64,000 nt of DNA from Candidatus Thorarchaeota archaeon (GCA_016933575.1 JAFGAR010000005.1:36127-100126); one strand, 5' to 3'; numbered from the stretch's first letter, positions 39,256 through 49,644 are shown. Notes: generated by a model from the sequence alone, not told the origin. Translations and numbers: made by a program.

Positions 39256-39708
39256 TTAGTATTTGTTAAGCTCTGGGATTGCCTTTGAGAGTTCATTCTT
39301 CAAAGCTGATGACAATCTGTCCATGTATGACCTACCAATGTCAGTCATCTCACGGCCTTTATTGCCGCGTTTCTTGATGAAGCCAGCTCGTTCGAGTTGT
39401 TGAAGTGCAGTCCTGATAATAGCACCACCACTTTTCTTGAACTCATTGGGCTTTACACCGCGTCTCTGTTTGCCTCCATAGTCTATTCTCAGTCTCTCAG
39501 TACCAATAGGTCCATTGAGATAGAGTTTCCTTAGAATGCTAGCGCATCTGACGTACCAGAAATCTGGATCGTCTGGTGCTCTCTCCTTATGGCTTCCTGT
39601 TTTGACATATGGAACCCAGTCTGGAGGAGCAATCTCTTCTCTGGACTTCAGGTCCTGAGCGAGTCGCCGAATCAGGATGTTGGCTGGGATATCATAGACT
39701 GTAGGCAT
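39256..39708 (-). CDS. rps19e: ribosomal protein eS19
   Basis: VKTGSHKERAP, WYVRCASILRKLY, YGG, LQQLE. Confidence 0.97.
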   Translation of the reverse strand: MPTVYDIPANILIRRLAQDLKSREEIAPPDWVPYVKTGSHKERAPDDPDFWYVRCASILRKLYLNGPIGTERLRIDYGGKQRRGVKPNEFKKSGGAIIRTALQQLERAGFIKKRGNKGREMTDIGRSYMDRLSSALKNELSKAIPELNKY

Positions 39709-39915
39709 TTTTCAGTCACCAATCTTACTGAGTATGCGTCACCTAACACGATTTCGGTCGATGACTTACCTCAAAAGGTTGGAGTCACCGTCTAGAGTGT
39801 GCATAAAAGGATTTTCATGGGTCTACTATGATTTTAGGTGGTTAAAACGGTCCTCTAACAGGTAATCTAACCAGATTACGTAATGATGATATTCTAATCA
39901 GTAATATGCTTTGAA

Positions 39916-40200
39916 TTATTCTAATCCACGCATTTCTTTTGTCTTGTAAATAACAGCTGTGTTCCCCCGAAATCCTGCAACTTTTGCTCCGCACTTTTTG
40001 CAGAGTAATTCCGCTAGTTCTACTTTGCTGGAGTCCCCTATAGCGTTTCGTAGAATTCTGATTTTCATATACTTGTGTTGTTTGAGTAGTCGTTTTGCTT
40101 CCTCAATGACACTATCAGACACTCCACCCTTTCCAATCTGCATCATGGCTGGGTCTTGCCATGCAATCTTTATTCTCTCGGGGTCCATCTCGGGTCTCAT
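39916..40200 (-). CDS. YhbY/CRM-domain RNA-binding protein
   Basis: QIGKGGV...EE..R.L..H..KIR, RGNTAVIY. Confidence 0.9.
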   Translation of the reverse strand: MRPEMDPERIKIAWQDPAMMQIGKGGVSDSVIEEAKRLLKQHKYMKIRILRNAIGDSSKVELAELLCKKCGAKVAGFRGNTAVIYKTKEMRGLE

Positions 40201-40238
40201 TGTATTTCACCAAACTTGCCTTTCTAGCTCTGATTAAT

Positions 40239-40574
40239 CTATGCTTCTGACCTTGGTGCGTGTACGTAGAATCTCTTTATCTTACCACATTTCAGGCACG
40301 TTACAACAACATGCTTGGCTCTGTTATGCCTGATTCTAATTCTGCATGTATCTCCCGGTATCAAAATGCTTCCGCATTCTCTGCAGATTCTTCTACTGAT
40401 CTCCCGTGGAACCTTGATTCTTGCGCGTTGTGCAATCTTTCTGGCATTCAACATCTGTTCCCGAGCAGTATTCGGATGTAATTCTACCTCTCGTAAGGCA
40501 TTTTCCCAGAGTATCTCTATCCTTGCCTTTGCGAGTCGATGCATCTTTTCTTTTGCATATCTTCTCTTTGACAA
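40239..40574 (-). CDS. rnp4: RNase P protein component 4 (Rpp21)
   Basis: A..RI..L, RRIC..C...LIPG, VTC..CG..KR; TTG start at 40574. Confidence 0.92.
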   Translation of the reverse strand: MSKRRYAKEKMHRLAKARIEILWENALREVELHPNTAREQMLNARKIAQRARIKVPREISRRICRECGSILIPGDTCRIRIRHNRAKHVVVTCLKCGKIKRFYVHAPRSEA

Positions 40575-40653
40575 GGGAACACATCCTGCTCTGATTTGAC
40601 AGCATTCACACTGCTTAAATTGTTCGTGTAACTCCTTTCTATGAGGATTTGTC

Positions 40654-41370
40654 ATGCTTCATGTGATTTTACTTGAGAGCGCATTGGAACTAGTTCCTTC
40701 AGAGATCTCCCCCCTAAAAGAGATTCAACAATATGCTTATCGTCGTGGAAAGAAACCTAACGAGATTGCGCTTGATCAGACGCATCATGGCAAAGCAATG
40801 ATGAAACTTACAAATAGTGAAAAACGGGGTCGACCAGACATCATCTTTCACTCCCTCGTTACTTTGCTTGAAACACCCCTATGTAAGGAAGGGTTTCTAT
40901 CTGTGTACATTCATCTACAGGATGGACGAATCATTATCGTAAATCCTAAAGTGCGACTTCCTCGTAACTATGACAGGTTCATTGGTCTCATGGAGCAGCT
41001 ACTGATTAGAGGCAGAGTTCCCTATGAAGGAGAAGCCCTTCTTCAAACATCCGAACAGAATTTGTCTGGACTTGTATCACAACTCACTGAGGGATCTCCT
41101 GATTACAAGTCCATTCTCACAATAGAAGGCGGAGAAAAAACACCTACGCAAGTTCTCTCAGATATGTTTCCTTGGGATTCCACAATACCAGTCGTTGTGG
41201 GAATTGGTGCTTTCCCTCATGGTGACTTCTCTGATGAAGTAAAGCAATTATTCGATAATCATATTGAGCTGGATACGGAGGTCATGATGGCTTGGCATGT
41301 ATGTGCAGAAATCCTGTGGGTGTACTCTCAGAGAATTAGCTTAATTCGTAAACGATTTGGACAATACTAA
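40654..41370 (+). CDS. nep1: Nep1/Emg1 rRNA pseudouridine methyltransferase
   Basis: ESALELVP, RGRPDI, RLPRNYDRFIGLMEQL, GAFPHGDF. Confidence 0.95.
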   Translation: MLHVILLESALELVPSEISPLKEIQQYAYRRGKKPNEIALDQTHHGKAMMKLTNSEKRGRPDIIFHSLVTLLETPLCKEGFLSVYIHLQDGRIIIVNPKVRLPRNYDRFIGLMEQLLIRGRVPYEGEALLQTSEQNLSGLVSQLTEGSPDYKSILTIEGGEKTPTQVLSDMFPWDSTIPVVVGIGAFPHGDFSDEVKQLFDNHIELDTEVMMAWHVCAEILWVYSQRISLIRKRFGQY

Positions 41371-41373
41371 GTA

Positions 41374-41796
41374 CTATTGGCTCTCAAAGGCAGACTTGTC
41401 AGTTTGGTCTGGATCCGTTTCTTCTGGTACTGGCTGTTTTTGGATTCTACGCCACATTATGAACAAGACAGCGGTTAGAATAACTCCTGAAGGAATATAG
41501 TATCCAAACACGAAAATGAAGAACTGAACTGGCGAAAGGACCACCAGATTTGTCACGACAGGGTAGGATATCACATGTACAATGAATAGCACTATGACTG
41601 GTTTGCCAAATCGACGATACCATCCACCGCTCGCCTCGTCTCTTGCGTTAAATGAGGCAAGCAGACTCTCAGCTCTTTTTGTACTATCTTGCTGGAACCA
41701 CAACAGCCCTCTAGAATAACCATATACTACAAACACCGTGAAAAAAACCAGAAAAGCCAGAATTAACAGAATGGGGTTAAAATTACCTATTTGCAT
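41374..41796 (-). CDS. hypothetical membrane protein (3 TM)
   Basis: Three hydrophobic segments; start uncertain. Confidence 0.55.
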   Translation of the reverse strand: MQIGNFNPILLILAFLVFFTVFVVYGYSRGLLWFQQDSTKRAESLLASFNARDEASGGWYRRFGKPVIVLFIVHVISYPVVTNLVVLSPVQFFIFVFGYYIPSGVILTAVLFIMWRRIQKQPVPEETDPDQTDKSAFESQ

Positions 41797-42043
41797 GGTT
41801 TCTCCATTCCCTGAGATATATCTAGATGATATAACTGTAATATCTGTTTCCATACATAAAGCAGATTCCCTACTCATAATCCAGAAACGCGTTTGAGGAA
41901 TATCGCAATGTTCCCGTGTGTAGATAATTATCACATCTAAGGGCTGCTGTTTTTGAAACTACACACCTCCACTTGCTCCACGTATAGAGTCACTATTACA
42001 ATATGCTTAAATCTTGAACAAAAGCAATCATGTTTTAATGCCT

Positions 42044-42121
42044 GCGGCCATAGTCTAGCCTGGTCTAGGATAGAACCCTTCCAAGGTTCTGAGCCGGGTT
42101 CAAATCCCGGTGGCCGCACCA
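42044..42121 (+). tRNA. tRNA-Gly(TCC), intron-less
   Basis: GCGGCCA/TGGCCGC acceptor, GAACC-CTTCCAA-GGTTC, CCGGG-TTCAAAT-CCCGG, ACCA. Confidence 0.97.
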
Positions 42122-42594
42122 ACTCTCTTTTCAACATCTCTGGCCTCTTTGTCCTCGGAGTTTCTTTTCAGATATTCCTTGATATGCACATCAGCCCCCT
42201 CAAAGTCGCCCAGTTTTTCTTTGCATACTGCAGCACTGTATAGTGCTCTCTGATGATCGGGCATGTCATACAGAATCGGATCAAGGTAGCGAAGTGCATC
42301 TCTCCATTGCTCTTTTTCCATGTATTCGAGAGCGAGTTGGAGATATTTCTCGGATACCGCATATTGTGAGTATCGTCGAGGATACTCATACCATCCCATG
42401 AATTCTTTGAATGCATAGGTAACAACAGGTACAAAGAATCCAAGCAGAAGAGCAGTCACATCATCCCATGGCAAGAATCCTGCTCTTGAAAGAGCCAAAC
42501 AGGTCAAAGCACAGAGAGTACCAGTTGTCAGATACCAGAATACTGCCCATTTTGGTTCTTTGTAGAACTTGTATCCCCACTTTCTTAGACTCAT
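42100..42594 (-). CDS. membrane protein with C-terminal TPR
   Basis: Two N-terminal TMs; TPR-like ALEY..KEQW.DAL..L....P....ALY..AVC..KLGD...A. Confidence 0.7.
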   Translation of the reverse strand: MSLRKWGYKFYKEPKWAVFWYLTTGTLCALTCLALSRAGFLPWDDVTALLLGFFVPVVTYAFKEFMGWYEYPRRYSQYAVSEKYLQLALEYMEKEQWRDALRYLDPILYDMPDHQRALYSAAVCKEKLGDFEGADVHIKEYLKRNSEDKEARDVEKRVGAATGI

Positions 42595-42716
42595 TGCATT
42601 CTCAACGTACTATTGAGGAGGCATGTAAAAAGGGATACTTTTCAAGCAGCATTTTAGTCCAACAGCGCAATCCTTTTGTTATCACCAATAAAACAGCCAA
42701 CCTACGAGGCATTCTC

Positions 42717-44729
42717 ATGGAATCTCTAGCACACAATGGCATTCTTGTATTAGAACCTCCACCCGCAAAGGATCTTAGAATCAAAACCCGCGAGAAAGAG
42801 ATAGTTCTCTCTCAATTACAAGAAGAGATGGCAACAGCTTGGGTCCGAAAACTTGGCACTCCCTATGTTGAAGATCCCGTATTTGCTGAGAATTTCATGA
42901 CAGACTTCAGTAAAGCACTAGGAATCGAGCCCGTTCTGAAAGTGGAAGAGATTGATTTCACGGAGGTGATTCGAGTTGTGGAGGCAGAACGAGCGGTGAA
43001 GGAGAACATGTCCTCTGAGGAAAAGAAAGCACAACGAGAAGAACGGAAACAACTTCGTGAGGACCTCAAGGAAAAGTATGGCTATGCAACCGTTGACGGT
43101 GAACGGATGGAACTTGGTAACTATCAGACTGAACCCTCTGGCATCTTTATGGGGCGTGGTCAACATCCTCTACGTGGAAGATGGAAACAGGGTGCAACCA
43201 AGAAGGACATCACGCTCAATATAGACCCGCTAGCAAGAGAGGACCTTGAAGGTGAATGGAAGGAGTTGATTTGGGCTCCTGATACCATGTGGATTGCAAA
43301 GTGGACTGACGAGTTGACCGGGAAGGTCAAATACATCTGGCTGCATGATAGCACTCCTATCAAACAGGAACGTGAAGCAGCCAAGTTCGATAAAGCACTC
43401 AAGGTCGAAAGGCACATTGATGATATTCGTGCTCATATAAGGGACGGACTAAGCTCTGAGAAGGCTCAGACACGAATGATTGCTGCAGCTTGTTATCTAA
43501 TCGATAGACTCAGTCTTCGAGTAGGTGATGAAAAGGATCCTGAAGAGGCTGATACAGTTGGTGCAACGACACTTCGCGCTGAGCATCTGATCTTCAAGAA
43601 AGCCTCCATAATCTTTGATTTTCTTGGAAAGGACAGTGTTCCTTGGCATAAGGAGATTCAACCAAATCCAGATGTGTATCGAGTACTAAAGGAACTTCAT
43701 GATAATGCTCTGGAACGTATCTCTTCCTTCAAAGCTAAGAAATCCAAAAAGACCAAAGCCAATCCAAAGAAGATTGCACAGATCTTTCCAAGTATTGGTA
43801 GCACTCATGTGAATCGCTTTCTGAGCGAGGTATATCCAGGACTAACAGCAAAAGTATTTCGAACCTATCACGCTTCGACCATCATGCGTGATGTGCTGAG
43901 GAAGAGCAAGGCTAAGCGAACTGATCCCGAGTTCATCAAGAAAGAGGCATTCAAACGGGCGAATCTCGAAGTTGCGCGTGTGATGAATCACACAAAACAG
44001 GCTCCCAAGGGATGGAGTACAACTGCTACAAGATACCAAGACCGAATCAAGAAGGCAGAAAAAAGGGTTCAGAAATCTAGGGCGCAATTGAAAGAAAAGC
44101 AGCTTCAATCGAGAAGAATCAAGAAGAAAGAGGCTGATATACGAAGTAAGAAGCAAGAACTGATAACAAAACGGAAGGCCACTCTTGAAACCTACAAGGC
44201 ATCCGTTGCATCGTGGCGTGAAAAGCGGGACCATGCGAAGATTGCTTGGGATAATGCTCGTGATCAAAAGAGTCGCACAAGGTCAAGTAGACGAAAAGGA
44301 AAGACAACAAAGAAGGAGCGTCTTGAATCTGCACAAGAACGAATTGACCGAACTAAAGAGCGACTAGACAGTTATGAAACTAGCCTGACAACAGCTCGAG
44401 AGCGATATCAGAAGAGCAAGGAATCCTTAGAAAAGATGCAGTCGTCTTTTACTAAATGGAAAGAAGCCTCTTCTAAACGAATAACATCTGCAGAACGAAC
44501 TGTGGAAATACTCAAAGACCGAGTGAATAAAGCCGAGTTGGCAAAGCAGAAGATTGAGAGTGATTTTGCTCTTGCAAAAGAGAGTCGTACTTGGAACTTG
44601 GGCACCTCACTAAAGTCATACATCCATCCAAAGGTTGTGTACAACTGGTCGCAACGAGTTGATTTTGATTGGAGAGATGTATACAGCAAGGCTCTGCAGC
44701 GAAAATTTGAGGGCTGGATTGAAGAGTAA
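42717..44729 (+). CDS. DNA topoisomerase IB (eukaryote-like Top1) with long linker
   Basis: L.HNG, EP.GIFMGRG.HP.RG.WK, LRVGDEK, DTVG.TTLR, FDFLGKDS, AKVFRTY.AS, MNH, GTSLKSY (catalytic Tyr). Confidence 0.96.
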   Translation: MESLAHNGILVLEPPPAKDLRIKTREKEIVLSQLQEEMATAWVRKLGTPYVEDPVFAENFMTDFSKALGIEPVLKVEEIDFTEVIRVVEAERAVKENMSSEEKKAQREERKQLREDLKEKYGYATVDGERMELGNYQTEPSGIFMGRGQHPLRGRWKQGATKKDITLNIDPLAREDLEGEWKELIWAPDTMWIAKWTDELTGKVKYIWLHDSTPIKQEREAAKFDKALKVERHIDDIRAHIRDGLSSEKAQTRMIAAACYLIDRLSLRVGDEKDPEEADTVGATTLRAEHLIFKKASIIFDFLGKDSVPWHKEIQPNPDVYRVLKELHDNALERISSFKAKKSKKTKANPKKIAQIFPSIGSTHVNRFLSEVYPGLTAKVFRTYHASTIMRDVLRKSKAKRTDPEFIKKEAFKRANLEVARVMNHTKQAPKGWSTTATRYQDRIKKAEKRVQKSRAQLKEKQLQSRRIKKKEADIRSKKQELITKRKATLETYKASVASWREKRDHAKIAWDNARDQKSRTRSSRRKGKTTKKERLESAQERIDRTKERLDSYETSLTTARERYQKSKESLEKMQSSFTKWKEASSKRITSAERTVEILKDRVNKAELAKQKIESDFALAKESRTWNLGTSLKSYIHPKVVYNWSQRVDFDWRDVYSKALQRKFEGWIEE

Positions 44730-45143
44730 TTATTCACTCAAGATGTTCATTCGAATTCTTTTTTCAATCTCTTCAAGAGTTCCTCTAAATACGAAGAGAA
44801 TCTCCTCGTATGAGCCTTGAAATGCAGCAGGGTCCTCAAGAGACCAGTGCTCCATACGTTTAGCTCCAGGGAAATGGGGACATGTTTGTTTTGCATTGTC
44901 ACACACGGTAACTACCAGATCTATCTCATGATTGATGTATTCATTCACTAGCTTCGGGTGAAGTCCATCCGTTGGTATGCCTCTCTCTTTTAACACTTCA
45001 ATAGCAAAGGGATTGACTTGTGATTGTGGTTTTGTACCAGCACTGTAGACTTCAAAACCACCGCCCCCAAGATGTTTTAGAAGTGCTTCAGCCATTTGAC
45101 TTCGTGCTGAATTGCCTGTACAGAGAAAAAGTACTCTTTTCAT
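44730..45143 (-). CDS. arsC: thioredoxin-type arsenate reductase (LMW-PTP fold)
   Basis: CTGNSARSQMAE P-loop, TVCD.A..CP, HWSLEDP. Confidence 0.92.
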   Translation of the reverse strand: MKRVLFLCTGNSARSQMAEALLKHLGGGGFEVYSAGTKPQSQVNPFAIEVLKERGIPTDGLHPKLVNEYINHEIDLVVTVCDNAKQTCPHFPGAKRMEHWSLEDPAAFQGSYEEILFVFRGTLEEIEKRIRMNILSE

Positions 45144-45197
45144 GGTAGCTCACACTATCTGTAACTCATCAAAGAGATGTATATGATAAGCATTTGC

Positions 45198-45626
45198 TTA
45201 TGGGGTCTCCAGAATCTTAGATTTTATTAGTTGTTCAATCTCTCTTCTGGTATCCCTGAATACTTCCAGTCTTTCTCCGTGGCTTCCCTTCGCTTCAGCA
45301 GGGTCCTTAATGGACCAGTGAAGTGTTTCTTTCGCTTTTGGAAAAACCGGACAATGATCTTTAGCATGATCACATACAGTAATGACAAGATCAAATTCTT
45401 GGTTGAGGAGTTCGTCATCTATTTTTTTGGTCTTCATTCCAGTTGTATCAATGAACCGCTCGTGTAATGCAGTAATGGCGAGAGGATGGACCTGGTCAGC
45501 AGGTTCTAGACCTGCACTACTAACATCGTAATCTCCTTTACCTAGTAACTTTAGTAATCCCTCCGCTATCTGACTTCTGGCTGCGTTGTGAGTACATACA
45601 AATAGAACTCGTTTCAATATTGTCAC
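45198..45626 (-). CDS. arsC: arsenate reductase paralog (LMW-PTP fold)
   Basis: CTHNAARSQIAE, TVCD.A..CP, HWSIKDP. Confidence 0.9.
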   Translation of the reverse strand: MTILKRVLFVCTHNAARSQIAEGLLKLLGKGDYDVSSAGLEPADQVHPLAITALHERFIDTTGMKTKKIDDELLNQEFDLVITVCDHAKDHCPVFPKAKETLHWSIKDPAEAKGSHGERLEVFRDTRREIEQLIKSKILETP

Positions 45627-45726
45627 CTCTCAAGTTCTAGAAAGAATTCCGAACTCTCTAGATTATTCTATTGCATATGAAACATAGGCAAGAGAACAAC
45701 ATAGAAATTCCAATCCTTCCCTTGCT

Positions 45727-46560
45727 TTACAAAACAGGTAGACTGAATTCGACCTGTACTGTGTCAATAACCTCACCTATCACTTTTGGATTGAGAATAC
45801 CAAGATTGTATCGACTTGAGCTAACAAGATGATCGACACTTAGGGGATTAAGTCCCATTATTGACGTCATCACAGAGTCTACTGAAACCGGTTCTTTCCC
45901 CATAATGAATACCCCTATATCATGAGTCTTTGGACCATTCCAGTCTTCTACTCCCACTCGTGCATCTATAATATTCAAGTCTGGTCTGATGATTCTAGCT
46001 AGGTCAGTGATGACATCATGGATTCTTGAGTGGTAGAATGACATGTCCTTCCTTGGAAGCACTCCGAACAGATTCTTCAGAACACCTGTGATATATGATA
46101 GATAGTGCGTCTTTGCAACAGCCACCGATATGAAATAATTAGACTCAGTAAGAACTCTGGGCAATTCTATATCATTGAAATAAAGCCCTTTGAAGGAGAT
46201 TTTCTCAAGAGGTTCCCTGCTAAGGTCTATCGTGGAAACATCATATCCCACCTCTTTCATCTGACTGCAGTATTCTGTATAACCAAACCTTGCAAAGGCT
46301 TCCATGGCATTTTTACTCTGGCTATCAGATTCGATGATTCTCACTGATAGGTTATTTTCTACAGCAAAGATGAGATCAACAATAGCTTTGACAACCTTGA
46401 TATCTGTTACAGAGTGCCCAGTTCCATCTTTCATAGTGCAGAGATTTGGCTTTATCAATACTGGCGACCCAATTTCTCTAAATCCACCAAGATATTCAAG
46501 CCCAGTAGTGAGTGTCTTGCTAAGGTCTTCTCCATGTCGAATCAGTGCTACCGCATTCAT
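45727..46560 (-). CDS. DUF362 family protein
   Basis: VLIKPNL, KTH...TG.LKN.FG, PVSVD. Confidence 0.88.
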   Translation of the reverse strand: MNAVALIRHGEDLSKTLTTGLEYLGGFREIGSPVLIKPNLCTMKDGTGHSVTDIKVVKAIVDLIFAVENNLSVRIIESDSQSKNAMEAFARFGYTEYCSQMKEVGYDVSTIDLSREPLEKISFKGLYFNDIELPRVLTESNYFISVAVAKTHYLSYITGVLKNLFGVLPRKDMSFYHSRIHDVITDLARIIRPDLNIIDARVGVEDWNGPKTHDIGVFIMGKEPVSVDSVMTSIMGLNPLSVDHLVSSSRYNLGILNPKVIGEVIDTVQVEFSLPVL

Positions 46561-46657
46561 ATCGATACTCCTCTAGAATTCAGTTTCATTCTTCATTAAA
46601 TAATTCATGTAACTGATGTACCGTTAAAATGCATCTAATGGAACTTGACAAATCCTA

Positions 46658-47224
46658 CTACCGTGTTGCCCTAAGCCCCATAGCTCTTCCCAGATTCTTT
46701 GCCTCTTCTAGCTTATCTGGACATGTCGAAACATGAAAGTCTTCAGACCCAAACTCATTCTTTGAGCAATAGAGTATCGAACTGAATTTAAATTTAAAAT
46801 ATGACTGCACTCGCTCAAAGAAAGCAATTGTGGATTGGTAATGATGACGATAAGTGAGGATAGCTACGAACTCCTTGTCAATCCAGTATCTCTGTACGTC
46901 CATTGCAAGTGCTTCCATCCTGTCTAATGCAATCTTCATCTGCGCAGTCATATATCCCCAATACATTGGAGTCGCCCATACTATGGCATCTGCATCAGCA
47001 AAGGCATTATAGATCTGATGCATATCATCATCAATGACACATCTATGCCCCTCGGACGTTGCACAGGACTCGCATCCTTGACATGGTCTTATGTTCATGT
47101 CATTCAGAATGAAATCAAACACCTCAACATCTCCGGTAGTTTTCAGACCATCGATGAAGTGTTCTGCGAGTGTATCTGAATTTCCGCCTCTTCTTGGGCT
47201 TCCATGCAGTATAATAGCTCTCAT
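46658..47224 (-). CDS. iron-sulfur flavoprotein / NADPH-dependent FMN reductase family
   Basis: GSPRRGGNS, PCQGCESC....C...DDM, TPMYWG..TAQMK..DR. Confidence 0.9.
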   Translation of the reverse strand: MRAIILHGSPRRGGNSDTLAEHFIDGLKTTGDVEVFDFILNDMNIRPCQGCESCATSEGHRCVIDDDMHQIYNAFADADAIVWATPMYWGYMTAQMKIALDRMEALAMDVQRYWIDKEFVAILTYRHHYQSTIAFFERVQSYFKFKFSSILYCSKNEFGSEDFHVSTCPDKLEEAKNLGRAMGLRATR

Positions 47225-47290
47225 AACGCATCACCTGTAATAGTGACAAATCTCTCCGAATGGTGTAAAAAGTAGTCATCAGAGCAAAAT

Positions 47291-48112
47291 TTACCTATTC
47301 ATCCCTTGTCGTATGATTTGAAGTCCTCCGTTTCTATATTGCATGATGAGTCTGAGGAGAATTACTACCGATAGCACAATCGCACCTATTGCAGCTACTA
47401 ATACAATCTCTGGCTGTGGCGTGTTTGTTGAATCTATTCTCTCAAGGAACACTCCAATAATAGCCCACAATCCGACTCCTGTAAAGATATAGTCATTTCT
47501 CGTGAACAAGACAGTAAGGTAAATAATTAGAACCACTGCAAGTATCAAAATACTCCATCCAGCCTCTCCAAGCGGTGCTGGATTGAATCCTATAGATACA
47601 AACCCTGTTGTTGTATTCACGATAGCTGCTACAGTCACCCATCCAGCAAGCATACTCCACGCTACTGTGACAAACAGGTGTTCTCTTAGCGGCCTCTCAC
47701 GTTTGTTAATTTTAAGTCTAAAATATCCCGCTAGTGACGTTAGAAGATATGCATACATCGCAGCAATCGCTGGCCAGACAAAACCCGAAGCCCAGAGATA
47801 ATACCATAATGTTGTTGATATCCATGATAACATGAAAAAGACACTGACCTCGTGGACATATGGCATGTCAATCTTGTTCTCTGATGATTTAAAGAGGTCT
47901 CTGGCTTGATATACGTAAAAGAGCCCTTGGAAGATGAAAATAGGTCCCCATATTGCGAAAGTAACTGGTGCTGGATTGATAAGATTTGGATACGTACTGC
48001 TGTTGAAGACTGTACTGAAGTCTAAATTTGATAATCCGATTACTAGGAAACACGCAATTGGAGTGATTAAATTTCCAATCTGCAGAAGTAGTTTCTGTCT
48101 ATCTCGATCCAT
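47291..48112 (-). CDS. Trp-rich multi-TM protein (TspO-like sensory family)
   Basis: PAPVTFAIWGPIF, GWVTVAAIVN; ~8 TM. Confidence 0.7.
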   Translation of the reverse strand: MDRDRQKLLLQIGNLITPIACFLVIGLSNLDFSTVFNSSTYPNLINPAPVTFAIWGPIFIFQGLFYVYQARDLFKSSENKIDMPYVHEVSVFFMLSWISTTLWYYLWASGFVWPAIAAMYAYLLTSLAGYFRLKINKRERPLREHLFVTVAWSMLAGWVTVAAIVNTTTGFVSIGFNPAPLGEAGWSILILAVVLIIYLTVLFTRNDYIFTGVGLWAIIGVFLERIDSTNTPQPEIVLVAAIGAIVLSVVILLRLIMQYRNGGLQIIRQGMNR

Positions 48113-48214
48113 TCTCGAACCCTCTCATAATTTACGACAATATCTTCCTAATATAGACTTGGCAGGTACAGAATACCTTTTCAATAGGACCCAACTGGAT
48201 GAATTTGGTTTAAT

Positions 48215-49156
48215 TTGATGGACAATTGGAAATATCAAGGTCCTATCTTTGATGCTCACACCCACATTGAAGAGCTAAAGAACATCGATAGGATGGTTCG
48301 AATCGAAGATCAATATGGCATAGCTGGGCAAATAGGGATAGTTCACTCCAAGGATGGGTTTGAATATGCCAAGCAGAGATATTCTCACCGTTTTATCTTC
48401 GCCAAATATCTTTCTCTCAATGATATTGCTCATTTCAATGTTGACCTAGTGATTGATGATATAAATCGAACAAAAGACGAGGGTTACTCTCTAACAAAGA
48501 CGTGGTTTGGTCCTCGTTGGAGGGACTATATCGAAGATGTTCCAAGAGATTTCAGAATCGATGATAGTAGACTTGATCCTGTTTTCCAGGCATTGGAAGA
48601 CAATAAACTTCCGCTCCTTATTCACGTGGCTGATCCAGATACATACTTTCGACTTCATTACAAAGATGCATCAAAGTACGGGACAAAAGAAGAGAACTTG
48701 ATTCAGCTGGAAAATGTGTTAGAGCGACATCCAAAAGTAAAATTTCAGATTCCTCATTTTGGGGCACAGCCTGAGATACATAGACTCTCAAATCTCTCAC
48801 GATGGCTCGATTGCTTTCCTAATGTTGTTATTGACACAGCCTCTTCTCGTTGGATCTGTAGAGAACTTAGTAAGGATGTCATCGTAGCTAGAAAATTCCT
48901 GTTGAAGTACTCTAGAAGGATTCTCTTTGGAACTGATTTGTCATCAAATCGTGATGGGCTTGACTATTACGACGGTCGATATAGAGCTCAACGAGTCCTG
49001 TGGGAAACCGAAGAACGAGATGTACCTCTCCCCTTCGAAGATGATGATACAAAAGACAGCGGTGGAACTTTCATCAATGGATTAGATCTCCCATCCTCAG
49101 TTCTTGATAGAATCTATTGGAAGAACGCTATGGATCTCTACGGGTCTCTTGAATAG
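48215..49156 (+). CDS. amidohydrolase family protein (Amidohydro_2)
   Basis: DAHTH, LIHVADP, PHFG, DTAS, RILFGTD. Confidence 0.88.
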   Translation: MMDNWKYQGPIFDAHTHIEELKNIDRMVRIEDQYGIAGQIGIVHSKDGFEYAKQRYSHRFIFAKYLSLNDIAHFNVDLVIDDINRTKDEGYSLTKTWFGPRWRDYIEDVPRDFRIDDSRLDPVFQALEDNKLPLLIHVADPDTYFRLHYKDASKYGTKEENLIQLENVLERHPKVKFQIPHFGAQPEIHRLSNLSRWLDCFPNVVIDTASSRWICRELSKDVIVARKFLLKYSRRILFGTDLSSNRDGLDYYDGRYRAQRVLWETEERDVPLPFEDDDTKDSGGTFINGLDLPSSVLDRIYWKNAMDLYGSLE

Positions 49157-49200
49157 GCTCTTGTTTTTTCATTTTTCCAAAGGATATATGACTTGGTTTC

Positions 49201-49644
49201 ATGAAAATGAAGTCAATCTCTGGAAGGGGTGAATATCAATTGCCAACTCCCATGCCAACTCCCGGATGGTATATCTATAATATAACCCGGACTGGTGATG
49301 GTACTATCTACATCTCTCGAAATGATGAACTAATCATAACTAGCACTCCGGCTGTTCAGGAATGGGAATTTGATGAAGTTGTTAATACCTGTGACAAGTT
49401 CATTTTCAAACCCAGTGATGGAGCATCTATAGACACTATTGTCGTTGGTTCCGATTTGGATCCGATAATACCATTTGAAACAACCGCTACTGATACAACC
49501 ACTACTTCCACGGTCACTCAGACTTGGACTTCTGGGAACACAGGCACGACTGATTTATTTGACCCCGCACAATATCTCCCGATTATCGGGATTGCTGGTG
49601 TTATCTTTGTTGTTGCTGTGTTGATTATTATGAAAAGAAAATAG
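49201..49644 (+). CDS. C-terminally anchored surface-protein fragment
   Basis: Thr-rich linker, TM and KRK at C-terminus; no signal peptide, probably 5'-truncated. Confidence 0.5.
   Translation: MKMKSISGRGEYQLPTPMPTPGWYIYNITRTGDGTIYISRNDELIITSTPAVQEWEFDEVVNTCDKFIFKPSDGASIDTIVVGSDLDPIIPFETTATDTTTTSTVTQTWTSGNTGTTDLFDPAQYLPIIGIAGVIFVVAVLIIMKRK

Noticed and set aside
42468-42716. 83-aa N-terminal extension of Topo IB in the ORF track
   Set aside because: Overlaps the divergent TPR gene; recognisable homology starts at MESLAHNG (42717). Similar over-extended starts were trimmed for rpl11, rnp4, thiL, MtaB, CDGSH and the ABC binding protein
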